From Promethearchaeota archaeon (lineage in GTDB: Archaea; Asgardarchaeota; Thorarchaeia; Thorarchaeales; Thorarchaeaceae): a DNA stretch of 64,000 bases. The notes beneath the pieces are model-generated. The model had not been told where the DNA came from, made no database searches, and worked only from the letters and a program-made list of their open reading frames with translations. Both the position numbers and the translations under genes were made by a program. The stretch covers positions 22,375-86,374 of the forward strand of contig JBHLPF010000005.1 of NCBI GenBank assembly GCA_048939765.1. The letters run 5' to 3'. Of the stretch, positions 38,283-47,767 are shown piece after piece. Position 1 is the stretch's first letter. Each line of letters starts with the position of its first letter.

Positions 38283-39136
38283 ATAATCTCAGCTGAGACA
38301 TATGCGACAACATCATTGTAGTTGCCAGTCATATCTCCAGAGTTGGCATATTTCAAGACTCCAAATCTGGTCGCGCCGCGCTCCTTTGCATATACCATTG
38401 CAGTGGCAATAGGACCGGCACCACATATGCTTACACGATGACCTCGTACAAAGTCGATGAAGCCCTTAGGATCTAAAAACTCCAAGTACTCCATAGCTTG
38501 ATTGTCCTTCTTTTTGGCACTCTCTGCCGACTCGAAGTGAGTGAAATCTGAACTAGCAATCACTAGAATATCCATATCATCAGCTAGCGATGCAATTGTC
38601 TTCCCAATTGACTCACATAGTTCAAAGGTGGGCTCCCTGATACAAATCGGAACGATGCTAAAGTTCTCCTCAAACATGAATTGAAGAAATGGAAGCTGCA
38701 CTTCGATTGAGTGCTCGCTACTATGTGCAACACAATCATATGATGCGTACTCATTTTCATCAACCATAGCCGAGCCCAACTCTGTGTCATACCGAACGAC
38801 ACCAAGCGGTGTTTCCCAGTCTTCGTTGCAGACTGCCGCGCGAGCCCCAACACCATAGTGATTAGGGCCAATGACCACAATATGGTCTGGCTTGCCATCT
38901 TCCCAAAGCCGCAGAAAGCTATGCGCAGCAGGCATTCCCGAGTACATATATCCTGCGTGGGGAGTGATGACTGCCTTCAGTTCTCGTGTTGTCCCTGGAT
39001 CTCCTTCGGGGAGACGTCCGGGCCCAAGTCCCGTCAGAAAGGAGTTCCGAATTCTCTCTGTGAGAAGCTTCACCTCTCCTTCATAGAATCTACCTGCAAC
39101 CACGGGCATACGAACCATATCAATCACAGAGTACAT
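38279..39136 (-). CDS. amrB: MEMO1-family AmmeMemoRadiSam protein B
   Basis: VAGRFY, PHAGYMYSG, GPNH, EHSIEVQLPFLQ, ASSDFTH, SICG. Confidence 0.93.
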   Translation of the reverse strand: MYSVIDMVRMPVVAGRFYEGEVKLLTERIRNSFLTGLGPGRLPEGDPGTTRELKAVITPHAGYMYSGMPAAHSFLRLWEDGKPDHIVVIGPNHYGVGARAAVCNEDWETPLGVVRYDTELGSAMVDENEYASYDCVAHSSEHSIEVQLPFLQFMFEENFSIVPICIREPTFELCESIGKTIASLADDMDILVIASSDFTHFESAESAKKKDNQAMEYLEFLDPKGFIDFVRGHRVSICGAGPIATAMVYAKERGATRFGVLKYANSGDMTGNYNDVVAYVSAEII

Positions 39137-39189
39137 TGGACATGGTGTGAGAAAAGCATTACCTTCGCAGGCTAACTTGCCTAAGTTGT

Positions 39190-40494
39190 CTAAAGACGGC
39201 CCTTGATTACCTGAATCAGGTCCTCAATCTTCACTTGTGAGGTGTCCTTTGTCGTCATATCTCTTAGACTGACTTGGCCTTTTTGGAAATCTCGTTTGCC
39301 CACTATAACCACGAATCTAGCCTTCTTGGAGTCCGCCTGGTCAAACAGCTTCTTCAGAGGTCTGTCCATTATATCGCACGTTCCTGAGATTCCCTCTCTT
39401 GCAAGGTCCGCGAGAATTCTCATGCCATGCTTCAACATAGGTTTCCTGATTGGAGCTACGTACACCTCAATCCCCTCATCCAATTTCTCACCAAAACCAC
39501 GTGCCATGAGGATGTCAATTAAGCGATCAATCCCCATAGAGATGCCTGTCGCAGGAGTGGGTTGTCCTCCGAATTGTTCGATAAGATTGTCATATCGGCC
39601 TCCTCCGCCGATTGACCCAACCCTAGGCTCTCCTAGATATGCAACTTCGAACACAGGTCCAGTGTAATAATCAAGTCCACGAGCCAAAGACATATCGAAT
39701 TCTGTGAATTCTTCTGCTCCACTCTGAGCGAAGATCTCGGCCATGAGCTTGAGTTCATCGACACCAGCAACCCCAGTAGCGGATCCATCGAGTAGAGAAC
39801 TGAATCTGTCGAGAGTTTCTAAACCCGGACCTCTAACCTGAATCGCATTTAGCAGGAAATCACTCTCTTCTATCCCAATTCCTCTATTCTTCAGTTCCTC
39901 TTGAACTCCTGCTCTGCCAATCTTGTCGAGCTTGTCAATTGCTCTGAAGCATTCGAATGCCAGGTCATCCGAAACTCCAGCTTTCTCCACCATGCCCTTG
40001 AGCACTTTTCGATTGTTGATTCTTATGACATAGGAATCTCCAAGTACACGCCTCAGAAACTCTAGAGCAACAAGAACCACCTCGGCGTCGGCAGCCGGGC
40101 TGCTTGCGCCCACTATGTCGACATCTGCCTGGCTGAATTCTCGATATCGCCCTGGCTGGGGTCTATCATATCTCCATGCCTTGCCAATCGCATATCGCCT
40201 AAAGGGCTTTGGCAGATGCGGATTTGTTGCTGAGATACGTGCCAATGGAATTGTGAGATCGAAAATAAGTCCAACCTCTCGGTCGCCCTTGTCCTTGAAT
40301 TTGAACGTTTCAGCCTCTATTTCTTCGCCGCCCTTCGCTGAGATTGTTTCCCAAAGTTCCATCACTGGAGAATCCAATGGTTCATAGCCAAAATACCTGA
40401 AGACCTCAATCGCAGTTGAAGTCAAATACTCCCGTATTCTCATCTCAGGGCCCATCAGGTCCCTCATACCTCGTACTCGTCTCAACTCTGACAA
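39190..40494 (-). CDS. hisS: Histidine-tRNA ligase
   Basis: RGMRD, DLT.PLAR, WRYDRPQPGRYREF.QADVD, LARGLDYYTG, GGGRYD. Confidence 0.97.
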   Translation of the reverse strand: MSELRRVRGMRDLMGPEMRIREYLTSTAIEVFRYFGYEPLDSPVMELWETISAKGGEEIEAETFKFKDKGDREVGLIFDLTIPLARISATNPHLPKPFRRYAIGKAWRYDRPQPGRYREFSQADVDIVGASSPAADAEVVLVALEFLRRVLGDSYVIRINNRKVLKGMVEKAGVSDDLAFECFRAIDKLDKIGRAGVQEELKNRGIGIEESDFLLNAIQVRGPGLETLDRFSSLLDGSATGVAGVDELKLMAEIFAQSGAEEFTEFDMSLARGLDYYTGPVFEVAYLGEPRVGSIGGGGRYDNLIEQFGGQPTPATGISMGIDRLIDILMARGFGEKLDEGIEVYVAPIRKPMLKHGMRILADLAREGISGTCDIMDRPLKKLFDQADSKKARFVVIVGKRDFQKGQVSLRDMTTKDTSQVKIEDLIQVIKGRL

Positions 40495-40650
40495 TTGAAT
40501 GTCCTCCGTAAAATCCCCGCAGCGGCAACTTCTGAGCTGGCGAAATAGAGTCCACTAGAAAGGTCATCGTTGCAGATGAACTAAGCCACCAACATTCAAT
40601 GTTGTCACCAAAGTCGAGTCTGAGGAGTTGGACTTTAAGTCTTGCGCTTC

Positions 40651-41991
40651 TCATGTTAGTGGAAGAATCCCGAAGACGAGAAGGAGAATGAAAATCACTA
40701 CTCCAGCAGCCATTATCAATGAATCCCTAGCCACCATCTTGAGCAAGGTGGTTTCACGGTCTGAAGTATAGACATAGACCATCTTGTTCAGCACCGAGGT
40801 TGTGGTGGCAATTATCACCGCGTATACGGCAGTAGAGATTGACATGGTTGCGCCAGCAAATCCAATTCCAACTATTGCAACGATTGCTCCAGCTGAGGCA
40901 AAACCTCCAATGAATGCTGCCACGAGAACTCCAAAATCGGCATAGACATTTTGCAGGAACAGCGACAAGATTGACACGCCTGCAAAAACAAGAGCAAATC
41001 GAATGGCCGCTCCAAACTCAAAGGGAGACGCTAATGCGCCTTCAAGTAGGTCATCTTCAACTTCCTTGGTCTTCTTACTCACCCTAAGCATTCGATAGAT
41101 TCCAACAAGGAGTAGAATTGCCAAGGGGATTGTGTAGTGTATGAAAATCTGAAGCGATGGATCTAGTATGATAAGAATAACTCCATTTCTTAGGACCATC
41201 GCCACATTGGCAAGTATCGCTCCTGCGGCAGTCCTATTCGGAAAAGCCCGCCCAGTACGAACATGGAAATCTGTTAGGCTCGAAACAGTCGCTTCGCTGT
41301 TGGCGAATCCTCCAAAAAAGCCAAAGAAGTAAGGACCCCTTCCTTTGAACTTCTTGATCAAGAGGTAGTTTACAAAGCTGATACTCAAGAGAAGAATCGC
41401 GAGTTGATAGATTTGGAATGCGGGAACAGTAATTGCCCACAGCTGGACGGTCTGAGGCATCAGCGGCCATAGAAACAATATCAGTACTCCAAGCTCTGCC
41501 GCACTGATCATTTCTTCTCGAGTGATGACCTCCACAGCTGCTCTGAATTCCTGTTTAAAGCCCAGCACCAGGAATACAAGAAATGACACAGTCATCGCAA
41601 ACACCTGCAAAGGTCCAATCAGCTGTCCGGGAGCTGGTAACTCATCAAGGCCCACAATCGTGCCTAATAGGAATGCGACTGCAAGAACAATCGATGTGGT
41701 CATTCCTTTCCGCATGGTCCGAAACATCTTATAGATGACTTGGACACCAATCAAGATTGTAGAGATTGCAATCGCGTAAATAAGAATCAGCGCATTGTCT
41801 GTTATCGTATAAATATAAGAAGCGACTGTCCCAAAGAGGCTCAGGAGGCCGAACGATCTCACACCTCCCGGTGATTCCTCAATATCACGTTTCTGACGCT
41901 CAAGTCCAATGAGTGCTCCAACAGCGAATCCTATCAAACATCTCACGACAAGGTCCGAACTGGGGAGTATCTCTTGCATCCTAGTCACCAC
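40651..41991 (-). CDS. MgtC/SapB-DUF4010 membrane protein
   Basis: GALIGLER..GVRSF, GMTT, FGGF..S.AT, PFEFG.A. Confidence 0.85.
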   Translation of the reverse strand: MVTRMQEILPSSDLVVRCLIGFAVGALIGLERQKRDIEESPGGVRSFGLLSLFGTVASYIYTITDNALILIYAIAISTILIGVQVIYKMFRTMRKGMTTSIVLAVAFLLGTIVGLDELPAPGQLIGPLQVFAMTVSFLVFLVLGFKQEFRAAVEVITREEMISAAELGVLILFLWPLMPQTVQLWAITVPAFQIYQLAILLLSISFVNYLLIKKFKGRGPYFFGFFGGFANSEATVSSLTDFHVRTGRAFPNRTAAGAILANVAMVLRNGVILIILDPSLQIFIHYTIPLAILLLVGIYRMLRVSKKTKEVEDDLLEGALASPFEFGAAIRFALVFAGVSILSLFLQNVYADFGVLVAAFIGGFASAGAIVAIVGIGFAGATMSISTAVYAVIIATTTSVLNKMVYVYTSDRETTLLKMVARDSLIMAAGVVIFILLLVFGILPLT

Positions 41992-42086
41992 TCCGCATGA
42001 TGCGGAACTAATGGTTTGATGTGGCCTCCATTTAAGGGATTTTGTCGTTGCATAATTGGGTGAAGAAAAGAGAAGACGAGGCTGAC

Positions 42087-42770
42087 TCAGTCAAGCCTCG
42101 TGCTTTCCAAGAGACGAGTTAGTGGAATGTCAAAATGCTCTCCGGTTGGCAATGTCCTCCTGACTGTCATTGGAAGCACACGCGCCCGGAGCTCTGCTTC
42201 AGCTAAGGCGAAAAGCTCGCTTGGAGCTGTTTTTATACTGATTATTATTGGCGCACCCATTGAAATCTGCAATGCACGTGCGCCAATTATCCTGGCCTTC
42301 TCAAACTTGGTTAGCCACTTAGGACCAATAGGAATGCCCATAGCGACCTTGTCCGTTTCAAGTCCTGTTTTGAGACTTGACCGAATCTCGGCACGGGCAA
42401 TCTTCTCAGCAGGAGGAAGCTCATGAACGTCAGGCTCTGGTTCTGGAGCTTTCTTTCGCTTTGATTTCTTGCCCTTGCGAGTAAGGTCGATTTCACCGGC
42501 TTCTATAGCATCCAACAACTTCACTGCTGCTGTGATGAAATCCACTGCCTTGGCAGTACTGACCCCTGGAACGGCTGCTGCGAGTTCCTCAGAATCTGCT
42601 GAAGCAATCTTCTCAATGGTGTCATATCCAGCAGCGACCAATTTCTCTGCATTCTTTGGTCCCACTGATTGAATGTTCGTGAGTATCTGGGCCTTCTCAG
42701 CATCGGATTCCTCAGGGGAATCCTTCTCAATTTCGGTTTCCACTTCCTGTGGGTCGTCTGACATAAGCAC
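42087..42770 (-). CDS. rpo6: RNA polymerase subunit Rpo6/RpoK with N-terminal helix-hairpin-helix domain
   Basis: C-terminal LTKFEKARIIGARALQISMGAP..AEAEL..LPMTVRR.LP; N-terminal IQSVGPKNAEKL..GYDTIEKIA..VPGVS. Confidence 0.92.
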   Translation of the reverse strand: MLMSDDPQEVETEIEKDSPEESDAEKAQILTNIQSVGPKNAEKLVAAGYDTIEKIASADSEELAAAVPGVSTAKAVDFITAAVKLLDAIEAGEIDLTRKGKKSKRKKAPEPEPDVHELPPAEKIARAEIRSSLKTGLETDKVAMGIPIGPKWLTKFEKARIIGARALQISMGAPIIISIKTAPSELFALAEAELRARVLPMTVRRTLPTGEHFDIPLTRLLESTRLD

Positions 42771-42798
42771 ACCTGCTCTTTATTGTGATTGGTCTTTT

Positions 42799-44454
42799 CT
42801 AGTCCTCATCTGCGTCGACATCGCCGCCAGGACCTGCTCCGCCTGCACCAAAACCTGCTCCCTTTGAGCTGATCACATCGTCTATCTTGAGAATCATTTG
42901 CGCAGCTTCCGCCGCTGACATAACAATCTGCTTGTTGACGAGTGCTGACTCGATGACTCGCGCTTTCTTCATATCATCCACTTTGCCCTTGTCGATATTG
43001 ATGCCGTAGGTCACTTGGCCATTCGCATGGGCATTTCTGAGATTGACAATCATATCAATGGGATCTAGCCCGGCGTTTTCAGCGAGAGTATTAGGCAATG
43101 ACTCAATGGCATCGGCAAACGCGTTTACAGCATATTGCTCGCGTCCCTCGAGTTTCTCGGAATAGTCCCGCAATTGCTTGGCAATCTCTCCAGCTAGAGA
43201 GCCACCTCCGTAGGTAACATATGGGTGGATTACCACATCACGTACAACATAGAGTGCATCATTCAGTGCACGATCCACTTCGTCCACAATGTGGTCTGTT
43301 CCTCCTCTAACGAGAAGAGTGACAACAGAAGTCTTCTTAGTTCCCTCTATGAAGAGCATCTTGTCTTCACCCACAGTCCTCTGCTCGACTTTCTTAGCGG
43401 TTCCAAGGTCATTCTTTGTTAGGTTCTGAATCTTGGATACAATTGTTGCACCGGTTGTCTTATGTAATCTCTCTATGTCTGATTTCTTGATTCGCCTCAC
43501 TGCTAGGATTCCTTCCTTCGCCAAGAAATGCTGGACGACATCGTCAATTCCCTTCTGGGCAATAACAACATTTGCGCCAGACTCGACAATCTTATCCACC
43601 ATCGACTTGAGCATTCGCTCTTCCTCATCTAGGAAGCTCTGCATTGATGTGGGATCACTGATTGAGATCTTGGCATCAAACTCAGTCTTCTGCACTTCTA
43701 ATGGGCTCTCAAGGAGTAGCAATTTGGCATTCTCAACTTTCTTTGGCATTCCTGGATGTACTACTTCCTTGTCCAAGACAAGACCCTTGACAAGCTCGGT
43801 TGCATCTACGGGCATTCCCTCTTGCTTTTGTCGGGGAATGTCATCGATGTTCAATTCCTCATCTGGATCTCTGTCCTTGTTGATGGCAAGTACTGCATCC
43901 ACAACTACCTTTGATAGCTGGTCACGTGAGGTCGAGACGAACTTGCTGGACATGGCAGTTTTGGCCACATCGAGTAGTATTCTCTTGTACTCACTGCTCT
44001 CAGGATCGATTTCTTCTGCCACCTTATCTATTACTTCAAGTGCCCTATCCGCAGCTTTTCGATATCCGCTGATGATGGTAGTTGGATGTATCTTCTGGTC
44101 GAGAAGGCCTTCAGCAGTCTTCAGTAGATCACCAGTAAGGATAGCAGCTGTTGTGGTGCCATCTCCAACCTCTGCATCAACTGTCTTTGCGACCTCAATC
44201 ACCATCTTAGCAGCGGGATGAGCGACATCCATTTCCTTCAAGATGGTTGCACCATCATTTGATACAGTCACATCACCAAAGCTGTCGACTAACATCTTAT
44301 CTGCGCCCTTGGGGCCTAGAGCAGACTTGACAGCCTCAGCAATTACAATCGCAGCCATGATGTTGTTTCTCTGTGCATCACGACCACGGGATCTTTCTGT
44401 GCCTTCTTTCAGCACAATTATTGGTACTTGTTGACTCAATTCTAGTTCCTCCAC
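42799..44454 (-). CDS. ths: Thermosome (group II chaperonin) subunit (TTG start at 44439 plausible)
   Basis: LGPKGADKM, NDGATIL, GDGTTT, AENAGLD, KIDD. Confidence 0.97.
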   Translation of the reverse strand: MEELELSQQVPIIVLKEGTERSRGRDAQRNNIMAAIVIAEAVKSALGPKGADKMLVDSFGDVTVSNDGATILKEMDVAHPAAKMVIEVAKTVDAEVGDGTTTAAILTGDLLKTAEGLLDQKIHPTTIISGYRKAADRALEVIDKVAEEIDPESSEYKRILLDVAKTAMSSKFVSTSRDQLSKVVVDAVLAINKDRDPDEELNIDDIPRQKQEGMPVDATELVKGLVLDKEVVHPGMPKKVENAKLLLLESPLEVQKTEFDAKISISDPTSMQSFLDEEERMLKSMVDKIVESGANVVIAQKGIDDVVQHFLAKEGILAVRRIKKSDIERLHKTTGATIVSKIQNLTKNDLGTAKKVEQRTVGEDKMLFIEGTKKTSVVTLLVRGGTDHIVDEVDRALNDALYVVRDVVIHPYVTYGGGSLAGEIAKQLRDYSEKLEGREQYAVNAFADAIESLPNTLAENAGLDPIDMIVNLRNAHANGQVTYGINIDKGKVDDMKKARVIESALVNKQIVMSAAEAAQMILKIDDVISSKGAGFGAGGAGPGGDVDADED

Positions 44455-44587
44455 GTAAATTGAACCGGAATCATAAAACTGTACATGGACTTCGGGCTGC
44501 GCATTTAAAGATTACCTTCCGGCGGCAGTCGGTAAAGCCTGAGGCGAAGCGTTTGTCATAAAAACCTTGTCTAATCGACAGTGATTT

Positions 44588-45532
44588 CTATAGCGCCGGG
44601 CGTCTAAGCACAACATTGTCACCCTTGTTCGCGGAAATCGCTCTGGAGATATGAGCACATTTTCCCCTCGTAACGTAGTAGGTTTCTATTCCATATTCCC
44701 TTTGGATTTCAGGGAAAGACTCGATATTGGCCTGCCCCTTTGAGATGACTATATCACTATTCTGCACGGTATCGAGAAACGCATTGGCTACCAAATTCTT
44801 GGGAACACCGTAGGCCCACGCGCCGGTGTCTATAATCTTCGATAGACGCTCTACTTCTGTACCCTCCACATCTGACCTAACTGCATCATTCGCGAGAGGC
44901 TTTCCTTTCACCGCATAACTGACATGCCATCCAAGGTCATTGATCATTCGCAGCAGTGGAATATCAAAGAGCGTTTCACCTGCATTATCACCCAAAAAGA
45001 GGACCTCGCCTTTCTTGGAGGTCAGGGAGTGCCATAAGTACTCAGAGTGGTCGACTGCAAATCCTTCTTCAAGTATCTCCTCGTAGATTCTTGTGAGCTC
45101 ACCAAGATCAGGGCTATGACCGGCTGTGTTGAAATCGATTACATTTCCTGCGATGGCTGCCGCCAAGGCCGCCCTCAGTTTCTGGTATCCCGTTTTCTTT
45201 GAAATCGATTTCTCAACTGCAGGAAGAGCCTTCTTTGCGGCCTTGATGCTCCTCTTCTTAATCTCGGCATATGGATCCTCTTTGCCAGATCGTTCATAGA
45301 GTTCTCTATATAGATCGACTGCTAACTCTAGTGGGGGTTCTCTTTTGTCGTAGCCCCTTGCTATTCTGCGATAAGCATGGTTGTATAGATTATATTGTTC
45401 ATCTTTGTCATCCGACAGCAACGGAATCAATAGACCAAGAGAGTTGACAATGCACGCTGAACATTCGGGAACGAGAGGGACATGTATCTCATCAGTAGTC
45501 ATTGGATTCTGCTTCCTCGTCCATGCTATCAC
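44588..45532 (-). CDS. DUF89/ARMT1-like damage-control phosphatase
   Basis: CxxC, DPY..K, GNVID, DNAGE, NDA, KGQAN.E, KC. Confidence 0.88.
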   Translation of the reverse strand: MIAWTRKQNPMTTDEIHVPLVPECSACIVNSLGLLIPLLSDDKDEQYNLYNHAYRRIARGYDKREPPLELAVDLYRELYERSGKEDPYAEIKKRSIKAAKKALPAVEKSISKKTGYQKLRAALAAAIAGNVIDFNTAGHSPDLGELTRIYEEILEEGFAVDHSEYLWHSLTSKKGEVLFLGDNAGETLFDIPLLRMINDLGWHVSYAVKGKPLANDAVRSDVEGTEVERLSKIIDTGAWAYGVPKNLVANAFLDTVQNSDIVISKGQANIESFPEIQREYGIETYYVTRGKCAHISRAISANKGDNVVLRRPAL

Positions 45533-46004
45533 TTTGTCGAACCATTAGATATGCGTCTTCGCCATCACGGTAGTAGCCTTTCAATACGCGTCCAACTTCA
45601 AAGCCCAATTCCTCATAGACAGTTACAGCTGCTGTGTTGCTCCTTCTAACCTCCAGAAAGAACTCTGTTGCGCCGTAACTGACCATACCTTCCATCCCCA
45701 GCTTAATGAGATCTGTTCCAATTCCTCTATGCCGATAGTCATGCATAACTGCAACTGATACAATATGTCCTTTCTTCACCGGAAATGCTCTCTTGAAGTT
45801 TGAAATACCTCTCTCAATTCTACACATGATATAGCCGATGATTCTCTCATCCTCTAGAGCAACGAGAAATGCTTTGGGTGCATGTGTATGAAGGCCTATG
45901 AAAAAGGAGCTGGGGTAGTTTTCAGGCAAGCAAGTCTGGTTTATTCTCATGACCTCATCTATGTCTTCCTTCTTAAATTCGCGAACGACATAAGTTACTG
46001 TCAT
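45492..46004 (-). CDS. ard1: N-terminal acetyltransferase (Ard1/RimI)
   Basis: CLPENY, GYIMCRIE, KGHIVSVAV, RHRGIG, LEVRRSN, YYRDGEDAYLM. Confidence 0.93.
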   Translation of the reverse strand: MTVTYVVREFKKEDIDEVMRINQTCLPENYPSSFFIGLHTHAPKAFLVALEDERIIGYIMCRIERGISNFKRAFPVKKGHIVSVAVMHDYRHRGIGTDLIKLGMEGMVSYGATEFFLEVRRSNTAAVTVYEELGFEVGRVLKGYYRDGEDAYLMVRQSDSMDEEAESNDY

Positions 46005-46102
46005 AGCTTGCTATCTCCCGGTCTATCTTGACTCGGTCACAGAAATTCAGTCTTCTTTTATGGATTATGCCATGGGAGTATTTGAGGTCTGACTTCAATC
46101 TT

Positions 46103-46861
46103 CTATCGATTGTCTTCAACCCACCGCCGAATATCCTCAGGAGACAGCATAATGTGTTCATTGGCTGCAGCTATCCAGTGACGAGCACTCCAAATTGTGA
46201 ATTCATGACCCTCTGGCACCCTGATGGTTCCATTCTCCACTGCTAGCTCGATTCTCTTGATGATCTCTTCAGCATCCGACATCGCCAGCTCAAGCACACT
46301 CGTCATGCCAGCTCCCATGAATATCGCGATCGCATCAGCCACCCATCCAGCAGCTTCATTTGGAGTGATTTCACACGCTCCCTGAACTCGTTCTGGACTA
46401 GAGAGAGCAAGCTCCTCAAGGTTGGTGATTCCAATCTCGCGCAGTTTCATCCCATATGCTTTGCCTATCCCATCAATTACTTCAACAGGAATTTCATGCT
46501 CAAGTACTGCAGATGCCTCATCTACTTCATCTACCGGGATGGCATAGCTCTCATCTGGTTCCTTCTCTTCCTCCATCATCGCAATCTCTTCGAGAGATTC
46601 CCGCATTCGCTGTTCAAGTAGATCTAATCTGTCAAAAGACATACCGTCCCATCTTCTTCGCCCTACTCTAGGGGATGGCTGATCCAATGGAAGGCTGCAA
46701 AGCGTGTATACAGCTAAGAACATCGCTGCAAATAGAACAAGCATCGCCGCGACAGTATTTCCCCACCAGATGACAATGGAAGCCAAGATTAGCGCTATCG
46801 TTGCTATGAGGAACATACTTCTGCGCCTTTGCTCCGAATCAGCGCTTCCTTTCAATTCCAA
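46103..46861 (-). CDS. Membrane-anchored HhH (DUF4332-like) protein
   Basis: Two N-terminal TM helices; IDGIGKAYGMKL..GI..LEEL; C-terminal W...A. Confidence 0.75.
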   Translation of the reverse strand: MELKGSADSEQRRRSMFLIATIALILASIVIWWGNTVAAMLVLFAAMFLAVYTLCSLPLDQPSPRVGRRRWDGMSFDRLDLLEQRMRESLEEIAMMEEEKEPDESYAIPVDEVDEASAVLEHEIPVEVIDGIGKAYGMKLREIGITNLEELALSSPERVQGACEITPNEAAGWVADAIAIFMGAGMTSVLELAMSDAEEIIKRIELAVENGTIRVPEGHEFTIWSARHWIAAANEHIMLSPEDIRRWVEDNR

Positions 46862-46985
46862 TACGGCTTTGCTCCTTGATTTCTACTAGCCGCTATCGGC
46901 TTATAAGCGCAATTCTTCGGCATACAATTTGCCTTGAATTGGACATCGCCAATTCGTTCATAACTCAAGTCCTTCTTGGGGAGAA

Positions 46986-47570
46986 TTGAGTGAATCTGAT
47001 ATGTCTGCTATTCTCGTCGGCGGCACGCCGGGCACAGGAAAGACAAAGGTTGCAAAGATGCTGGGAACTAGACTCAGTGTACATGTTGTTGAGCTTGGTG
47101 AGCTGGCAGAGAAAGCTGAGTGCATCTCCGCCCAAGACAAGGCTCGAGATTCAGGCATCATTGATGAGGACTGTCTAGTCAATGCTATCCAGGTTGAGGT
47201 AGCAGATATCACAAGGCAAGTTGTAATTGTTGGCCACTACATCGACTTGGTGCCATACTCCTCAGTTGACCATGTCTTTATACTGAGAACTCATCCAGAA
47301 ACTCTTAGACATCGACTCATTGCACGTGGTTGGCCTGAGGCAAAAATCACAGAAAACGTTGAAGCCGAGGTAATCGGTGTATGCCAACTGGATGCCGTTG
47401 AGTCTTTTGGGGAAGACCTTGTCAGCGAAATCGATACAACTGATATTGCTCCTGCCGAAGCTGTTGATACAATCCAGAAGATATTGAAACACCGTGTGGA
47501 ATCGGTGAGAATTGACTGGCTCCGTCAATTGGAGGAGGAAGGCCGACTCGACGAGTTTCTCTCCGAGTAG
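46986..47570 (+). CDS. Adenylate kinase AK6/Fap7 family
   Basis: GTPGTGKT, VGHY, LR..RL..RGW.E.KI.ENV.AE, EIDTT. Confidence 0.9.
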   Translation: MSESDMSAILVGGTPGTGKTKVAKMLGTRLSVHVVELGELAEKAECISAQDKARDSGIIDEDCLVNAIQVEVADITRQVVIVGHYIDLVPYSSVDHVFILRTHPETLRHRLIARGWPEAKITENVEAEVIGVCQLDAVESFGEDLVSEIDTTDIAPAEAVDTIQKILKHRVESVRIDWLRQLEEEGRLDEFLSE

Positions 47571-47582
47571 TCTTTTGAGATA

Positions 47583-47708
47583 TCACCTATATCTTTTCTT
47601 TAAGCAGAATTGAAAGAAGTGATAGCACTCCGGTTCGACAGCATCAATCATCTTAGAAGCGAGCTCTTCTGAAACTGCATCATCATCCGACTTCTCTTGG
47701 TTGGTCAT
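47583..47708 (-). CDS. Possible 41-aa small protein (below the ORF-track cutoff)
   Basis: MTNQEKSDDDAVSEELASKMIDAVEPECYHFFQFCLKKRYR fills the gap between adk and the MTase. Confidence 0.3.
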   Translation of the reverse strand: MTNQEKSDDDAVSEELASKMIDAVEPECYHFFQFCLKKRYR

Positions 47709-47767
47709 CGAGGCGATGAGAGTCCTGCCATCTGTTTGAGCATCGGCATCAGTGGTGGTCTTCGCAA

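Noticed and set aside
4752-39136. AmmeMemoRadiSam as a novel system
   Set aside because: Known widespread system; amrS and amrB are simply dispersed here and amrA is not in the window
40525-40591. Segment ending in GCCACCA resembling a tRNA 3' end
   Set aside because: No TTCRA T-loop, no 7-bp acceptor stem, and too short
41992-42006. TCCGCAT-G-ATGCGGA palindrome before the MgtC-like gene
   Set aside because: Single occurrence with no associated regulator; could be chance
43433-44221. Long antisense ORFs (also 2725-3426, 7780-8334, 21497-21955, 10477-10950)
   Set aside because: Shadows of well-supported genes on the opposite strand, with S/T-rich non-protein-like composition
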